A program made the position numbers and the translations under genes. This document shows, in pieces, positions 16,345 to 27,665 of a stretch of DNA of 64,000 bases. Under the pieces are notes generated by a model that did no database searches, had not been told where the DNA came from, and worked only from the letters and a program-made list of their open reading frames with translations. Origin of the DNA: Candidatus Magasanikiibacteriota bacterium (GTDB lineage Bacteria; Patescibacteriota; Patescibacteriia; Magasanikbacterales; UBA922); NCBI GenBank assembly GCA_016193335.1, contig JACPSK010000005.1:13308-77307 (forward strand), in the 5' to 3' direction. Position 1 is the stretch's first letter. Each line of letters begins with the position of its first letter.

Positions 16345-17562
16345 ATGTTTTTCGAAATACAACATAAAGAAACTGAAACAAAGGCCAGAACAGGTACCAT
16401 ACACACAGCGCATGGGAGCGTAGAAACTCCCATGTTCATGCCAGTAGGCACTCAAGCCACGGTAAAGTCTCTTGATTCAGATGATCTGAACACTATTGGT
16501 GCTCAGATTATTTTGGCAAACACCTACCACCTTCATTTGCGCCCCGGAGAAGAACTTATAGCAAAATACGGCGGACTGCACAAATTCATGAACTGGGAGA
16601 AACCCCTGCTCACAGACAGCGGCGGCTTCCAAGTTTTTAGCCTCGCCATTCCAAAAAAAAAATCAGACGCGCATAAAATCCCCGAAGAAAAAAAAGAAGC
16701 CGCAAAAAACCAAAATACTCTCCACGGACAAGGAAAACTGGTGTGTATTGACGAAAACGGCGTTGATTTCAGATCCCACATAGACGGGAGCCTTCACCGA
16801 TTCACTCCGGAAAAAGCCATAGAAATCCAACACAAACTCGGCGCGGACATCATTATGGCCTTTGATGAATGCACGACCGATGAGGCGGATGAAGGTTACG
16901 CAGAACAAGCAATGCAAAGAACTCATCGCTGGGCAGAGCGCTGTATCGCGGCCCATAAAAAAAACCAAGTCTACCACGGTTATCCTCAATATCTGTTTGG
17001 CATCATACAAGGCGGGAAACACAAAACCTGGCGTGAAGAAAGCGCGCGCGCGATCTCGGGAATGGATTTTGACGGCATAGCCATTGGCGGAGAAAGCATA
17101 GGCTTCAACATGGAGGCTACAAAACAAATACTTGAATGGACACACCCTCTTATCCCTGAAGAAAAGCCACACTACGCCATGGGAGTGGGTTTTTCCCCCA
17201 AAGATATATTTGAAGTGGTGGAGAGAGGCATAGATATGTTCGATTGCGTGTCTCCCACGAGAACCGCCCGAAACGGAACTCTTTTTGTGCGTCCTTCAAT
17301 AGACCAAAATTACAGAATAAATATCACCAACAGCATATACAAAGATGACCAAAACCTCATAGACCCCTGGCTGGAAAATTCGCCGGTCGCCAAATACAGC
17401 AGAGCCTACCTGCACCATCTATTTAAATGCGAAGAATTATTGGCCTATCGAATCGCTTCGCTTCATAATCTTTATTTTTTGTTGAAATTAATGGAGGATA
17501 TCCGAACAGCCATTTCCAAAAATGAATTTCTAAAATTAAAAAAAGAATGGGTAAGGAGCTGA
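16345..17562 (+). CDS. tgt: tRNA-guanine transglycosylase
   Basis: TPMFMPVGT, NTYHL, TDSGGFQVFS, FDEC, GIIQGG, DMFDCV.PTR.ARNG. Confidence 0.95.
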   Translation: MFFEIQHKETETKARTGTIHTAHGSVETPMFMPVGTQATVKSLDSDDLNTIGAQIILANTYHLHLRPGEELIAKYGGLHKFMNWEKPLLTDSGGFQVFSLAIPKKKSDAHKIPEEKKEAAKNQNTLHGQGKLVCIDENGVDFRSHIDGSLHRFTPEKAIEIQHKLGADIIMAFDECTTDEADEGYAEQAMQRTHRWAERCIAAHKKNQVYHGYPQYLFGIIQGGKHKTWREESARAISGMDFDGIAIGGESIGFNMEATKQILEWTHPLIPEEKPHYAMGVGFSPKDIFEVVERGIDMFDCVSPTRTARNGTLFVRPSIDQNYRINITNSIYKDDQNLIDPWLENSPVAKYSRAYLHHLFKCEELLAYRIASLHNLYFLLKLMEDIRTAISKNEFLKLKKEWVRS

Positions 17563-17693
17563 GAATTTTTAATTTATAATTTCTAATTTTTAAACAAGCT
17601 AAACCTTAATACCCACACGAAAATCCGCCGGAGCTTGACTGAGGGAGAAAACCTATGTTATGCTCTACGCCGTTCAACTACACAGGAGCGCAC

Positions 17694-17906
17694 ATGCGCA
17701 GAACCATGATGAATGGATCAGGCGGCCAGCACAACCAGCACGGCAAGAACGAGGGCAAGGGGCCCACGATCCGGAAGATCCCCCTGCCCCGCCGGGGCAG
17801 ACGGGACCGAAGCCAGGAGCAGACGCCCGTGGAGTCCAAGCGACCGCCCGCGGTCCCGCTCGGACCCTCGGGCTGGACCGAGGATGACCTGGCCTTCATC
17901 CCCTAG
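17694..17906 (+). CDS. GC-rich orphan small basic/disordered protein
   Basis: AGGAG before the ATG, upstream TTGACT...TATGCT promoter-like site, GC-rich block matches ORF limits. Confidence 0.45.
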   Translation: MRRTMMNGSGGQHNQHGKNEGKGPTIRKIPLPRRGRRDRSQEQTPVESKRPPAVPLGPSGWTEDDLAFIP

Positions 17907-18156
17907 AGGCCTCTCGCCCCTCCCCCACCTGCGTCTCGACTCTTCCAAGATGAACCGCAAGCACCCGAAATCATCCTAAATACGCAATTCTCTTACCTTA
18001 CAAACATCCTCCACAACAAATTTGGAGACAATTTGATAATGTAAGAGAACCAAAATTTCGTATTCAGGGGGAGGTCGGGTGCTTTTGCGTGACCGACGTC
18101 CTGTCGAGAGGACAGACAGAGCAGACAGATTTGATCGGGATTAAACAAAATGTTTT

Positions 18157-18453
18157 CTAATCTCCATCTTCGTCATCGGCTGAAGCCTCCTGCCGAGCGA
18201 TAAGAGCTGACTCAGGATCAAGGCCAGAATCTGGTATATTCTCCGTGCTTGTCCAAGCTGCGCTGTCTTTTGGCCCGAATGTGCCATATTCGCCACTCTT
18301 ATTCTTACGCCCCAAAACTTCGGGTCCGTCTCCGGTTCTCGGATTATCGCTGGTCCCTTTTAGATACTGTTCGTCTCCTTCTCCATGCATAGGAGAAAAT
18401 TTACCCATGTCCCGTACTGCGTCTCTTCCTTGAATCGAAATTTCTTCACCCAT
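18157..18453 (-). CDS. hypothetical acidic protein
   Basis: ORF directly downstream of queA on the same strand; start reassigned. Confidence 0.5.
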   Translation of the reverse strand: MGEEISIQGRDAVRDMGKFSPMHGEGDEQYLKGTSDNPRTGDGPEVLGRKNKSGEYGTFGPKDSAAWTSTENIPDSGLDPESALIARQEASADDEDGD

Positions 18454-18463
18454 AAAATATGCT

Positions 18464-19537
18464 TTAATAAATAAACATGGCATCACCAAAACTATAGAAT
18501 CTATAGCCTTTGTGTATTGCCTCTTGATATGAGTATAACATGTATTCCCTGTCGCCTACAAACGCGGCCACGAGCATAAGGAGCGTGGATTTGGGCAAGT
18601 GAAAATTGCTGATAAGCGCGTCTACCACCTTAAATTGAAATCCCGGTTTTATAAACAAATCAATATCTCCGTTGAAAACCTCAAAACGCTTATCAGCATA
18701 GCCCGCAAGGCTTGCTATGCCTTCGAGCGTCCTGGTTGAGGTGCTCCCAACCGCAATGACACGGCGGCCTTCTTGTTTCGCCTTATTGATTTTGTCGGCA
18801 TTCACCTGGGTTAATTCCGCCCATTCTCCATGCATGGTATGATCTTCTATACGTTCGGTTTTGACCGGCAAAAAAGTGCCAAGACCCACATGCAAAGTGA
18901 CTTCGGCAAACTCCACTCCCTGAGATTTGAGCTTCTTTATAAGTGAAGGAGTAAAATGAAATCCCGCCGTAGGCGCGGCCACTGAACCCTCTTTGTCTTT
19001 ATCAGAATAACAAGTCTGATACACTTCCAATTCATGTTTTTCATCTTTTATATACGGAGGCAAAGGCACCTGGCCGTATATATTTGCTTTGGCCCTCACT
19101 TCGGCTTCTTCATAAGGAAACTGCACGAGGATACTTCCTTCGGGTTCTTTAAGTAATACTTCGCAGTAAAAATCTTCGGCAAAAATAATACGGGAGTCTG
19201 GCCTTACATGCCTGCCCGGCTTTGCCAGTACTTTCCAGACGCCTGGATTTTCCATGGGTCGTACCAAAAAAATCTCAATCGGTTTTTTGTGTTCGCGCAG
19301 GATCTCCCCCTTTGGAGATAACAAGAAGCCGGAAAGTCGGGCCTTAAACACTCGTGAATTATTCCACACCAGTAAATCCCCGGGCCTGGTATGGCGGGTA
19401 ATATCATAAAAATGTTCGTCCTGCAGAATCTTGCGGTGCCTATCAAGGGTCATCATCCTCGAATGATCCCTGGGTTCAACCGGGCTCTGCGCGATACATT
19501 CAGGAGGCAATCGGTAATCGAAGAGTGAACTGAACAT
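18464..19537 (-). CDS. queA: S-adenosylmethionine:tRNA ribosyltransferase-isomerase
   Basis: FDY.LP..IAQ.P, PLPPYI, GSVAAPTAG.HF, TLHVGLGTF, NFHLPKST, YRFYSFGDAM. Confidence 0.96.
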   Translation of the reverse strand: MFSSLFDYRLPPECIAQSPVEPRDHSRMMTLDRHRKILQDEHFYDITRHTRPGDLLVWNNSRVFKARLSGFLLSPKGEILREHKKPIEIFLVRPMENPGVWKVLAKPGRHVRPDSRIIFAEDFYCEVLLKEPEGSILVQFPYEEAEVRAKANIYGQVPLPPYIKDEKHELEVYQTCYSDKDKEGSVAAPTAGFHFTPSLIKKLKSQGVEFAEVTLHVGLGTFLPVKTERIEDHTMHGEWAELTQVNADKINKAKQEGRRVIAVGSTSTRTLEGIASLAGYADKRFEVFNGDIDLFIKPGFQFKVVDALISNFHLPKSTLLMLVAAFVGDREYMLYSYQEAIHKGYRFYSFGDAMFIY

Positions 19538-19552
19538 ATTCGAATAGGTATG

Positions 19553-20608
19553 TTAGCGTTTCAAAAAAAGCGCTGCGTTTTTATTGTGTTCTTCCAAAGT
19601 ACGAGCGTATTTCACTTCTCCGGTGTCAACCGTGGTTAGAAAGTACCAATACTCATTTTTCGTTGGATACAAAACGGCTCGAATAGACTCAAGACTCGGA
19701 TTGGATATAGGCCCCGGAGGCAATGAAGGATACTTGTATGTGTTCCATGAGTTTGACGAATCACGATCTTCTTTAGTGGTAAAAATATCTCCCTTCTTTC
19801 CCACGGCATAATGCACGGCGGAATCTGCTTGCAAGCCCATATGTACGTCATGGCGTCGCCAAAAAATATCAGCCGCCAGGGCTCTATCTTCCGGATTCCG
19901 TACTTCTCGTTCCACGATACTTGCCATAGTAAGGATCTCATGAAAACTGCGTTCACTCTTTTTTATATCCTGGCGCAGATCAAGATTGAGCTCATCATAA
20001 CGAGCTTTTATCAATTTCAGAACAATATCTTGAATCAAAGCATCTTTGAAAATACGATAGGTGTTTGGACTTATATATCCTTCAAAACTCAATCCAGCAG
20101 GCTTTTGAAATAGCACCGCGATATCCGAGCCCAATTCCAAGCTTGGGTTGTTTGTGTCTCCCAACAAAGCCGGGGTACCCGCGACAGCATAAAAATCTTC
20201 TCTTGTGGCTATCTTTTCTTCTTCAAAATATGAAGCTATATCCCGAAAATCCCAGCCCGGTATGATGGTTATTTCCCGCTCAAGCGTGCTCGGATGGCTC
20301 AGTTGTTCGACCACGCGTTTGAGAGTAATCGGGGAACTGAGCTCATAATTTCCTCTCGCAATCTGTGTATCCAAACCTTTGCGGCGAAGATACATCTTAA
20401 AGAGCCAGGCATGGCGTATGATGCCCTGCTCTTCCAGACGCCAAGCAAGATCGGCCGCGGTTTCGCCTTCTTTCACTTCAAAACGGACCGTAGTGTCCTC
20501 TTTCCAAGCCTCGACCGTGTAAAGTTCAGTATAAAAAAACCAAGTTCCCGCCAAAAAACAAAGGCCCAAAACTGAAATGACAAATAAAAGTACCCCTTTT
20601 TGCTTCAT
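19553..20608 (-). CDS. mltG: endolytic transglycosylase (YceG family)
   Basis: N-terminal TM, EGY..P.TY, MASIVERE, LQAD, NTYKY..LPPGPISNP; start reassigned. Confidence 0.92.
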   Translation of the reverse strand: MKQKGVLLFVISVLGLCFLAGTWFFYTELYTVEAWKEDTTVRFEVKEGETAADLAWRLEEQGIIRHAWLFKMYLRRKGLDTQIARGNYELSSPITLKRVVEQLSHPSTLEREITIIPGWDFRDIASYFEEEKIATREDFYAVAGTPALLGDTNNPSLELGSDIAVLFQKPAGLSFEGYISPNTYRIFKDALIQDIVLKLIKARYDELNLDLRQDIKKSERSFHEILTMASIVEREVRNPEDRALAADIFWRRHDVHMGLQADSAVHYAVGKKGDIFTTKEDRDSSNSWNTYKYPSLPPGPISNPSLESIRAVLYPTKNEYWYFLTTVDTGEVKYARTLEEHNKNAALFLKR

Positions 20609-20694
20609 AGAATCAAGATAATCAAGTTCCCCTTCGGCCTTCTGACGCAATTTCGGCTTAGTTGGACTTACCAATATTTATCAGCGATTGTCCT

Positions 20695-20781
20695 CTTCAT
20701 AATATATTTTAAAAATTCTCCGGAGTCAGCCCGCTTGGCTCTCGCACTCGTCCTTAGGATTTATAAAAATATCTTATGAAG
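20695..20781. repeat. second copy of loop-conserved palindromic element
   Basis: Loop CCGGAGTCAGCCCGCTTGGCTCTCGCACTCGTCCT matches 1373-1408; imperfect AT-rich arms of different sequence. Confidence 0.7.
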
Positions 20782-20809
20782 GAACAGACTTGCATTTGTC
20801 CACAAAATC

Positions 20810-21862
20810 CTATAAATACTCTTCCTTGTTCGGTTCACTCATGCTATCCAAAACAGAAGTCATATCTGAAACAGCATCTTTGTGACAAACCAAGAGAGCG
20901 TCCTTGGTATTTACGACAATCATGCCCTGAAGGCCAACAGCCACAACTATTTTCTTTTCTTCTTCATTATATATGAAAGAATCGCTAGACCGATGTTCCA
21001 GGACTTCTCCTTGTATAAGGTTTTCATTACCAGAACCGGACATGGCCTCTTTAAGCGCGTACAAAGTGCCCGGATCAGACCAGCCAAGATCTACTTTTAT
21101 AACAACAGCTTCTTCAGGCTCTATGCGCTCTATAATAGCCCGGTCAAAAGAAATAGATTCCAAGGCTTGATATGCTTTCTCCAACTTTTGTTCGTCTTTG
21201 GCCATCTCAAGCAGGGCGGCGTGCATATCTGGCATATGAAGAGCATAGAGCTCCAGCATAAAATCCAAATCAAACACAAAATATCCCGGATTCCACAGCC
21301 AGTCGCCGCTCTGAAACATTTTTTTGCATGTTTCAAGCTCGGGTTTATAACGCCATGCTCTAAAAACCCGAAATCCTTTCTCCATCTCCTCGCCGCAAGA
21401 GATCCATCCCAAATTGTGATTCGCAAAGCGAGGTTTTTCTCCCAAAAAAACAAGCTGTCTCGGATGATTTTTGATATGCTCATCAGCCTTTTTGAGCGCA
21501 GCCAAAAAAACATCCGGACGATCCATAAAATGATCTGACCACAAAAGAGCCACCCTGCCATTCAGCCCTTTTTCTTTCAGCCTAAAAAGACTCAAGGCAA
21601 CGGCCGGGGCCAAGTCTCTCCTCGTGGGTTCAGAAAAAATATGATCTTCGGGGATCTCGGGGATTTGTTTTTTTACGAGATCAATATACTTTTGATTGGT
21701 AGAGATATATATGTGTTCAGAACCGAAAGAAGCCACCCGATCAAAGGCCATTCGGAGAGTGGAACGACCATCTTTTAAAAATTCAAATTGCTTGGGAGCA
21801 TTCTTGCGGCTCAGCGGCCACAATCGAGATCCCACTCCTCCGGCAAATATAACAATATTCAT
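20810..21862 (-). CDS. mannose-1-phosphate guanylyltransferase
   Basis: AGGVGSRLWPLSR...PKQF, EP.RRD.APA, SDH, ISFD.AI.E, GWSD.G. Confidence 0.88.
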   Translation of the reverse strand: MNIVIFAGGVGSRLWPLSRKNAPKQFEFLKDGRSTLRMAFDRVASFGSEHIYISTNQKYIDLVKKQIPEIPEDHIFSEPTRRDLAPAVALSLFRLKEKGLNGRVALLWSDHFMDRPDVFLAALKKADEHIKNHPRQLVFLGEKPRFANHNLGWISCGEEMEKGFRVFRAWRYKPELETCKKMFQSGDWLWNPGYFVFDLDFMLELYALHMPDMHAALLEMAKDEQKLEKAYQALESISFDRAIIERIEPEEAVVIKVDLGWSDPGTLYALKEAMSGSGNENLIQGEVLEHRSSDSFIYNEEEKKIVVAVGLQGMIVVNTKDALLVCHKDAVSDMTSVLDSMSEPNKEEYL

Positions 21863-21882
21863 ATATACGATATTCCAAAAAT

Positions 21883-22437
21883 TCAATTAAAAAAAACATT
21901 AAACGCCGGATACAGCCAGGGAGAGAGCAAAAAACAAATAACCGCAGTGAATATGCCACCAAGAATATCCCTGGGGTAATGAACCCCCACATAAACACGG
22001 GACAGAGAAATTAAAATAGCCAAAACAAAAGCAATTATAGGTATACCCAATCTAGCACTGTAAGTCCAAATAGTAAATGCCAAAACAAAAGAAAGAGCCG
22101 TATGATCCGAAGGGAAAGATTTCCAGGTCTGCCAGGTCCTGCACAATTGTTTTGAATGCGGAAATTCTATAATCGGCCTCTCGTGCTTCCATGCCAAACC
22201 AAACGAAAAATTCAAAGCCAGTACGCTCATAAGACCGGTGATCAAAAATCCAAAAAACGCGTAGACATTAATGGAAGGAAGAAGCGAACCGGGAGATAAA
22301 AAAAATAAAGACAAACCAAAAAGAAAGACAATAAGCCAACGAGCGCAAAAAGTCATAAAAGCGTCCAAGACTCTGTTGCGCCCCAAGCGAACGTTTATCT
22401 TTAAAAAAAGTTTTTTGCTCCAAGAGTAATTTGCCAT
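21883..22437 (-). CDS. PAP2-family phosphatase
   Basis: RP, SFPSDH, SRVYVGVHYP.D motifs. Confidence 0.9.
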   Translation of the reverse strand: MANYSWSKKLFLKINVRLGRNRVLDAFMTFCARWLIVFLFGLSLFFLSPGSLLPSINVYAFFGFLITGLMSVLALNFSFGLAWKHERPIIEFPHSKQLCRTWQTWKSFPSDHTALSFVLAFTIWTYSARLGIPIIAFVLAILISLSRVYVGVHYPRDILGGIFTAVICFLLSPWLYPAFNVFFN

Positions 22438-22460
22438 ATATAAGCCACAAAAAAAAGAGC

Positions 22461-23558
22461 CTACGCGCCTTTTATCCATTTCAGATAAGCTTCCACGAAA
22501 GCGTCCAGATTGCCATCCAAAATGTCTTCAGGCTGGTTGCTTTCAAATTTCGTTCTCAGATCCTTAACCATTTTGTACGGGTGCAAAACATAAGATCTAA
22601 TCTGGTTCCCCCACTCCGGACTTTTGTATTCACCGCGCAGTTTCTGCTTTTCTTCTTCTTCTTTTGCTTCCTGTATTTGCTGCAATTTTGAATGGAGAAT
22701 TTTCAAAGCCGTTTCTCTATTCTGAAGCTGAGAACGCTCATTCTGACATTGGACCGTAATACCTGTGGGAATATGCACAATTCTCACAGCAGAATATGTG
22801 GTATTCACGCTCTGGCCTCCTGCTCCGCCAGACATAAAGGTATCTATCCTCAATTCTTTGGGATCTATAGAAATTTCTTTGTCTGATTCCACTTCTGGTA
22901 TCACCTCAATGAGAGCGAAAGATGTGTGCCGCATGGATTCAGCGTCAAAAGGAGAAATCCGCACGAGCCTATGAGTGCCATGTTCTGATTTGAGCAAACC
23001 GTAGGCATATCTGCCTTCTATTCGAAGCACCGAAGATTTTATGCCGGCTTCTTGACCTCGAGATTCATCAAGTATTGTGATGCCCCATCCTTTCTTTTCA
23101 GCGTATCTCATGATCATTCTTCGGAGCATCTCAGCCCAATCTTGAGCCTCGGTGCCCCCACTGCCGCTATGTATGGTCACGATCGCGTTTTTGGTATCAT
23201 GCTTGCCGTTCAGCAAAACAAAAAATTCCAATTTCTGAAATTCTTTCTCCAATTGCCCGATCCGCTGAGAGAGATCCTCGGCCAGAGCTTCATCAGGGTT
23301 AGATTCAAGCTGATGGCAAAAATCCAAAAGCTCTTCCACCTCGGCGCGCAAATGTTGCCACTCTTCCACTTCAGAGCGTAGCTGTTCATGTCTTTTGCCC
23401 ACTGCTTTTGCGTGAATTTGATCCTGCCAAAACTCAGGGACTTGCATTTCTTTCTCTAAAACATGCATTTCGGCAAGCATAGTGTCGAGGCCGAGCAAGA
23501 CCCAGGTATCCTGAACTTTTTGTTTCAAAAGGCTCAATTTTTCGACGTGTTCTTTCAT
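22461..23558 (-). CDS. prfB: peptide chain release factor 2 (no programmed frameshift)
   Basis: SPF specificity motif, GGQ; continuous ORF. Confidence 0.95.
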   Translation of the reverse strand: MKEHVEKLSLLKQKVQDTWVLLGLDTMLAEMHVLEKEMQVPEFWQDQIHAKAVGKRHEQLRSEVEEWQHLRAEVEELLDFCHQLESNPDEALAEDLSQRIGQLEKEFQKLEFFVLLNGKHDTKNAIVTIHSGSGGTEAQDWAEMLRRMIMRYAEKKGWGITILDESRGQEAGIKSSVLRIEGRYAYGLLKSEHGTHRLVRISPFDAESMRHTSFALIEVIPEVESDKEISIDPKELRIDTFMSGGAGGQSVNTTYSAVRIVHIPTGITVQCQNERSQLQNRETALKILHSKLQQIQEAKEEEEKQKLRGEYKSPEWGNQIRSYVLHPYKMVKDLRTKFESNQPEDILDGNLDAFVEAYLKWIKGA

Positions 23559-23796
23559 AAAATATTATTTTGGGATCTGTGCCTCTCCTTTAATCTTTTT
23601 TGAGATGGGCTCTAGAGGAAACATAGAGGCGGCGAACCGGTTTCATCCGGATTGAAAGTTCTTATATGTTACGATAGCTCATGATATAAATCAATATCTT
23701 GGCGAGACAAAAATGGCAAATAAACGCCGGCAAAACCGAGAATACAAAAAGGCCGCGCTCGCGCGGCCTTACATGATTTTACGTGCTTTCAGTTTC

Positions 23797-25440
<1,644 letters not shown>

Positions 25441-25475
25441 TTAATAGTAATAAAACAATTCCGCGTTGAAAATAA

Positions 25476-25766
25476 TTACGCAAGAATCGCCAAAATATCG
25501 TCTTGGGATAAAATTTTGTATTCTTTGTCTCCCAATTTCACTTCGTCTCCGCCCCAACTTTTGAACAAAACTTTCTGCCCCACTTTTACATCCATGGGAG
25601 CTCGAGCGCCGGACTCAAGCATTTTCCCCGGTCCCACGGCCAAAACCTCTCCCTCGGTTTTCTTTTCTTTGTCAACCGTGTCTGGAAGCACAATGCCGGA
25701 AGCGGTTACTTCCTCTTCCTTAAGCTGTTTTATTACAACGCGGTCTCCAAGTGGTTGTATATTCAT
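25476..25766 (-). CDS. groS: co-chaperonin GroES
   Basis: PLGDRV, TASGIVLPD, VLAVGPG. Confidence 0.97.
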   Translation of the reverse strand: MNIQPLGDRVVIKQLKEEEVTASGIVLPDTVDKEKKTEGEVLAVGPGKMLESGARAPMDVKVGQKVLFKSWGGDEVKLGDKEYKILSQDDILAILA

Positions 25767-25798
25767 AACTCAAACTTATGTTAAAAATGAATCAGACA

Positions 25799-25825
25799 TT
25801 ATCACTCTCATACTTAGAGTGATAA
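25799..25825. promoter_or_regulatory. CIRCE-like HrcA operator (variant)
   Basis: TTATCACTC-N9-GAGTGATAA between the TTGACA-17-TATTAT promoter (25865-25837) and groS. Confidence 0.85.
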
Positions 25826-25952
25826 TAGCAAGGACTATAATACAAAAATTAAAAATACTTGTCAAGCCCCCCTGCAAACCCCTTATCCTTTGCCTTTATT
25901 CCTCTAAAAATAGAGCCTAAAAAATACTTAAAAAAGACTCCGCAAACAAAAA

Positions 25953-26063
25953 ACCTGTTATAGGTGGGAAGCTCGATGTGACGTCCATTATGTAAGTCCG
26001 TGATGCCTGTCAGTAACACGAACTAGAATGGCGTACACTCCGCGCATACCACCTATAACAGGT
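25953..26063 (-). ncRNA. candidate rod-shaped RNA (~111 nt)
   Basis: 15 bp perfect closing stem, largely paired interior, U tract after it on the minus strand, promoter-like TTGACC upstream. Confidence 0.4.
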
Positions 26064-26260
26064 CTTTATTATCCTTATAGTAAACCACACTATAAAAGCG
26101 AGGTCAACTAGTCCAAAACCAGCAAAAATGAGGCCCTGTGCACAAAAGGTGGATGTTTTGTGGACAGATACACTTCTCCCAGCGCGCGACATTAGTTTTA
26201 GAAAGCCGAGGCTAAACGCGAAAGCGAAATGGATTGACTCAGTGAGATTTTGGAAATATA

Positions 26261-27631
26261 TTATGAAAGGATAGGCTTAGACAGAAAAAGCCTGGTTGCA
26301 ATGCCAATATACAAAACGAGCAATATGGTCCCCGGATACAAACTCAAAACCTGATGATCCAATAAAAGAAAAGGAAGAGGGGGCGCAAAAATCAAAAGTT
26401 TTTTAAAATAAATACGCTTTGAAGAAGGATCTGATGACCGCAAAAAAAACAGATAAGAAAGACAAGCTATGCTCGCGAGCCCGAATCCCAATAAGCCAAA
26501 TTCCACCAATGCTAAAAGCAAGACATTATGCGCCGGCTGTAAACGCCAGGCCTCAATATGAGAAATCTCGTCCTTGTTCAGTGAAACATATAGAGCTTGG
26601 GTGTAATTTCCGGCTCCCTGTCCCAAAACAGATTTCTGAAAAAATAAAAGCTTTGCTTGTTCATACTCAGAAAGGCGTTCTTCTATGGATTGAATTTCAT
26701 GAGGGGCGTTAAATCCGAAACGGACACGAACCAAAGGAAAAGCGGACCACAGCAACAATAAAACAAAAGAAAGAGAGGCGAAACACAGCATTTTTGCGCG
26801 TACTGATTCTATATTAAAATTAAAAAAACGGTGGAAATACAGTACAAAAAGCCAGAGTACAAAAGCCAGCCAAGCCGACCGGCTAAAAGTGAAAAACAAG
26901 GCCATGATTTGAAGGGAGACCACTGAAAAAAGAAGACTGTTTGCCAAAAGAGACTTTTTTGAATTCACATACAAAAGAGTGGACGCCATCAATGACAAAA
27001 ATAGATAAAACCCAAATGTATTGGGATGACCAAAACTTCCATAAGCGCGAAGCCAGCGCCCCACGAGATCGGCAGAGAGAATAGAAGTTCCCGGTTCAGA
27101 AGCGAGATGTTCCGTGAGTCCCAATAGCGAAGAACCCCAGGTAGTTTGGAACAAAAATTGCGCCAAGCCCAGGAGAGCCGGCAAAAAACTTCCGTACATA
27201 AGCCAGCGCAAAAGACTCTTAAAATCAAAGGAGCTGAAAAAAACGGCCATAAAAAACAAAAAACTCGCGAGCAGACGCAAGGACTGCTGAAAGGCGATAT
27301 CAGAATCCTTTGCCCAAAAAGCGGACATGAAAGCATAAACAAGGAACAAAAAAACGGAAAATACAAAAAATCTGTCCGGGCTAAAATCCAAAGAGATTGT
27401 TGATTCCTTCTTTTTCATCTCCTTGAGATACCAGAACATAAAGAACACAATCGAAAGCCACAGCAAGGCTTCAGAAAGAAAAAACTGCAAAGTTGCGTGT
27501 TGCCATTTGACTCCGTCTACAAAAATTTCTCTCTGTATCCATACGGTCTGCCATGGCAAAAAAAATAAAAAAACTTTGACGGAGAAAGAAAGAAAGTAGT
27601 CCACCGCACGTTGTTTCTTTGATATCCACAT
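26261..27631 (-). CDS. O-antigen ligase-family membrane protein
   Basis: RAYGSFGHPNT, TFSRSAW, G.G.GNY, PAHN..L. Confidence 0.85.
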   Translation of the reverse strand: MWISKKQRAVDYFLSFSVKVFLFFLPWQTVWIQREIFVDGVKWQHATLQFFLSEALLWLSIVFFMFWYLKEMKKKESTISLDFSPDRFFVFSVFLFLVYAFMSAFWAKDSDIAFQQSLRLLASFLFFMAVFFSSFDFKSLLRWLMYGSFLPALLGLAQFLFQTTWGSSLLGLTEHLASEPGTSILSADLVGRWLRAYGSFGHPNTFGFYLFLSLMASTLLYVNSKKSLLANSLLFSVVSLQIMALFFTFSRSAWLAFVLWLFVLYFHRFFNFNIESVRAKMLCFASLSFVLLLLWSAFPLVRVRFGFNAPHEIQSIEERLSEYEQAKLLFFQKSVLGQGAGNYTQALYVSLNKDEISHIEAWRLQPAHNVLLLALVEFGLLGFGLASIACLSYLFFLRSSDPSSKRIYFKKLLIFAPPLPFLLLDHQVLSLYPGTILLVLYIGIATRLFLSKPILS

Positions 27632-27665
27632 ACAAGTTCCAGATCTTGTTTATACGGTATTTCAC

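Noticed and set aside
23480-23510. Programmed +1 frameshift in prfB
   Set aside because: No CTT TGA site; the ORF is continuous
25953-26063. SRP 4.5S RNA
   Set aside because: Size fits, but the CAGG...GNRA...AGCAG domain IV motif is absent on both strands
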